Shown one piece after another: positions 63,223-64,000 of a DNA stretch of 64,000 bases. Source of the stretch: Bacillota bacterium. Lineage in GTDB: Bacteria; Bacillota_I; Bacilli_A; Acholeplasmatales; Acholeplasmataceae. A model generated the notes under the pieces. The model ran no database searches. It saw only the letters and a list, made by a program, of their open reading frames with translations, and was not told the origin of the DNA. The stretch covers positions 82-64,081 of the forward strand of contig JBDREH010000036.1 in assembly GCA_043819945.1 (NCBI GenBank), written 5' to 3'. Every line of letters begins with the position of its first letter. The first letter of the stretch is position 1. The position numbers were made by a program, and so were the translations under genes.

Positions 63223-64000
63223 ATGAAAATCATAACAAGCGAATCTGTCTTTAGTGGACATCCGGATAAAATATGTGACCAAATCAGTGATGCGATACTT
63301 GACGCAATCCTGGAACAAGACCAATCTGCACGAGTAGCAGTTGAGACAGCCATCAAGGACGATTTAGTAGTTATCTTTGGTGAGGTTACAACCACCGCTT
63401 CAGTTCAATATTCTGAAATCGCAAAACAAGTACTTAAAGAAATAGGATATACTGATGAGTTCTACGTGCTTGAAAAGATATCTAAACAATCACCAGATAT
63501 AGCACAAGGAGTAAATGAAACAGTCGATCATCAACAAGGTGCAGGTGATCAGGGCATGATGTATGGTTTTGCTTGTAGTGAAACACCAGAGTTCATGCCA
63601 CTGCCTATTATGGTTGCACACGAAATATCTAAAGAAATAGATTCAATTAGAAAAGCTAAGTATAATCATATCTTTGGTCCAGATGGTAAGTGCCAAGTAT
63701 CTGTGAGATATGTAGATGGCCAACCTTTTGCATATGACTCAATAATTGTTTCTGCTCAAACAAGACCAGAAGCAAGTCTGTCACTCGCAAAAGAAATCAT
63801 TATTGAAGAAGTACTCAAACCATTGATCAGTAAAGATCTGACTGGAATCAACATTTTAATTAATCCAACAGGTGCGTTTATTATCGGTGGACCCTATGGA
63901 GATTCAGGCTTAACTGGTAGAAAGATTATCGTAGACACGTATGGTGGTTATGCAAAACATGGTGGTGGAGCTTTCTCAGGTAAGGACGTAAGCAAGGTTG
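63223..64000 (+). CDS. metK: S-adenosylmethionine synthetase, 3' end outside window (absent from ORF track)
   Basis: Hand translation MKIITSESVFSGHPDKICDQISDA...GAGDQG...PDGK.QV...GDSGLTGRKIIVDTYGG...HGGGAFSGKD; GAGG RBS. Confidence 0.95.
   Translation, partial: MKIITSESVFSGHPDKICDQISDAILDAILEQDQSARVAVETAIKDDLVVIFGEVTTTASVQYSEIAKQVLKEIGYTDEFYVLEKISKQSPDIAQGVNETVDHQQGAGDQGMMYGFACSETPEFMPLPIMVAHEISKEIDSIRKAKYNHIFGPDGKCQVSVRYVDGQPFAYDSIIVSAQTRPEASLSLAKEIIIEEVLKPLISKDLTGINILINPTGAFIIGGPYGDSGLTGRKIIVDTYGGYAKHGGGAFSGKDVSKV

Larger units (their letters stand above)
43971..64000. mobile_element. Prophage-like element integrated at the rlmD 3' end (runs past window end)
   Basis: Serine integrase convergent on rlmD, XRE pair, antirepressor, HTH excisionase-like gene, DUF4373 initiator, terminase-small-like gene, ParB-MTase, metK. 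rlmD/rumA is a known target of Firmicutes serine-integrase elements. Left boundary approximate; attR not in window. Confidence 0.85.

Noticed and set aside
43971-64000. Integrative conjugative element
   Set aside because: No relaxase, VirB4 or VirD4 in the window; gene order is phage-like. Structural genes are not yet visible, so an intact phage is also unproven.

Overview
Low-GC bacterial chromosome segment, standard genetic code (TGA read as stop). My impression from gene style is an Acholeplasmatales-like Mollicute or a related Bacillota; I cannot verify this here. Positions 1-44 kb are chromosomal genes: PfkB kinase, MATE, DEAD-box helicase, MscS, a PadR/HAAS pair, and a lipoprotein-ECF sigma-anti-sigma module whose two surface proteins are paralogous. 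They are followed by an amino-acid catabolism island: a five-gene flavin/Fe-S dehydrogenase plus P5C dehydrogenase, converging on a B12 glutamate mutase-methylaspartase-'citrate lyase' operon with a divergent class I fumarase (best read as citramalate lyase and mesaconase), then tdh-kbl. Next comes a c-di-GMP/processive GT2 locus and rlmD. From the rlmD 3' end (~44 kb) to the window end lies a prophage-like element. It carries a large serine integrase, an XRE switch, a second (tyrosine) recombinase, an antirepressor, a DUF4373-type replication initiator with 21-bp iterons, and a four-gene defence cassette (type III RM plus UvrD-PD-(D/E)XK nuclease plus SPPY methyltransferase). It ends with early packaging-region genes including a ParB-MTase and a truncated-by-window metK. 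Best candidates for undescribed systems: the UvrD-nuclease/MTase pair, the proline-to-citramalate island, the ECF module with a duplicated ectodomain, the triple-degenerate ODP-GGDEF-REC protein beside a HEAT-GT2 fusion, and several repeated non-coding motifs in the element. All calls are by eye from motifs; no database searches were run. Start codons were adjusted by RBS inspection where stated.
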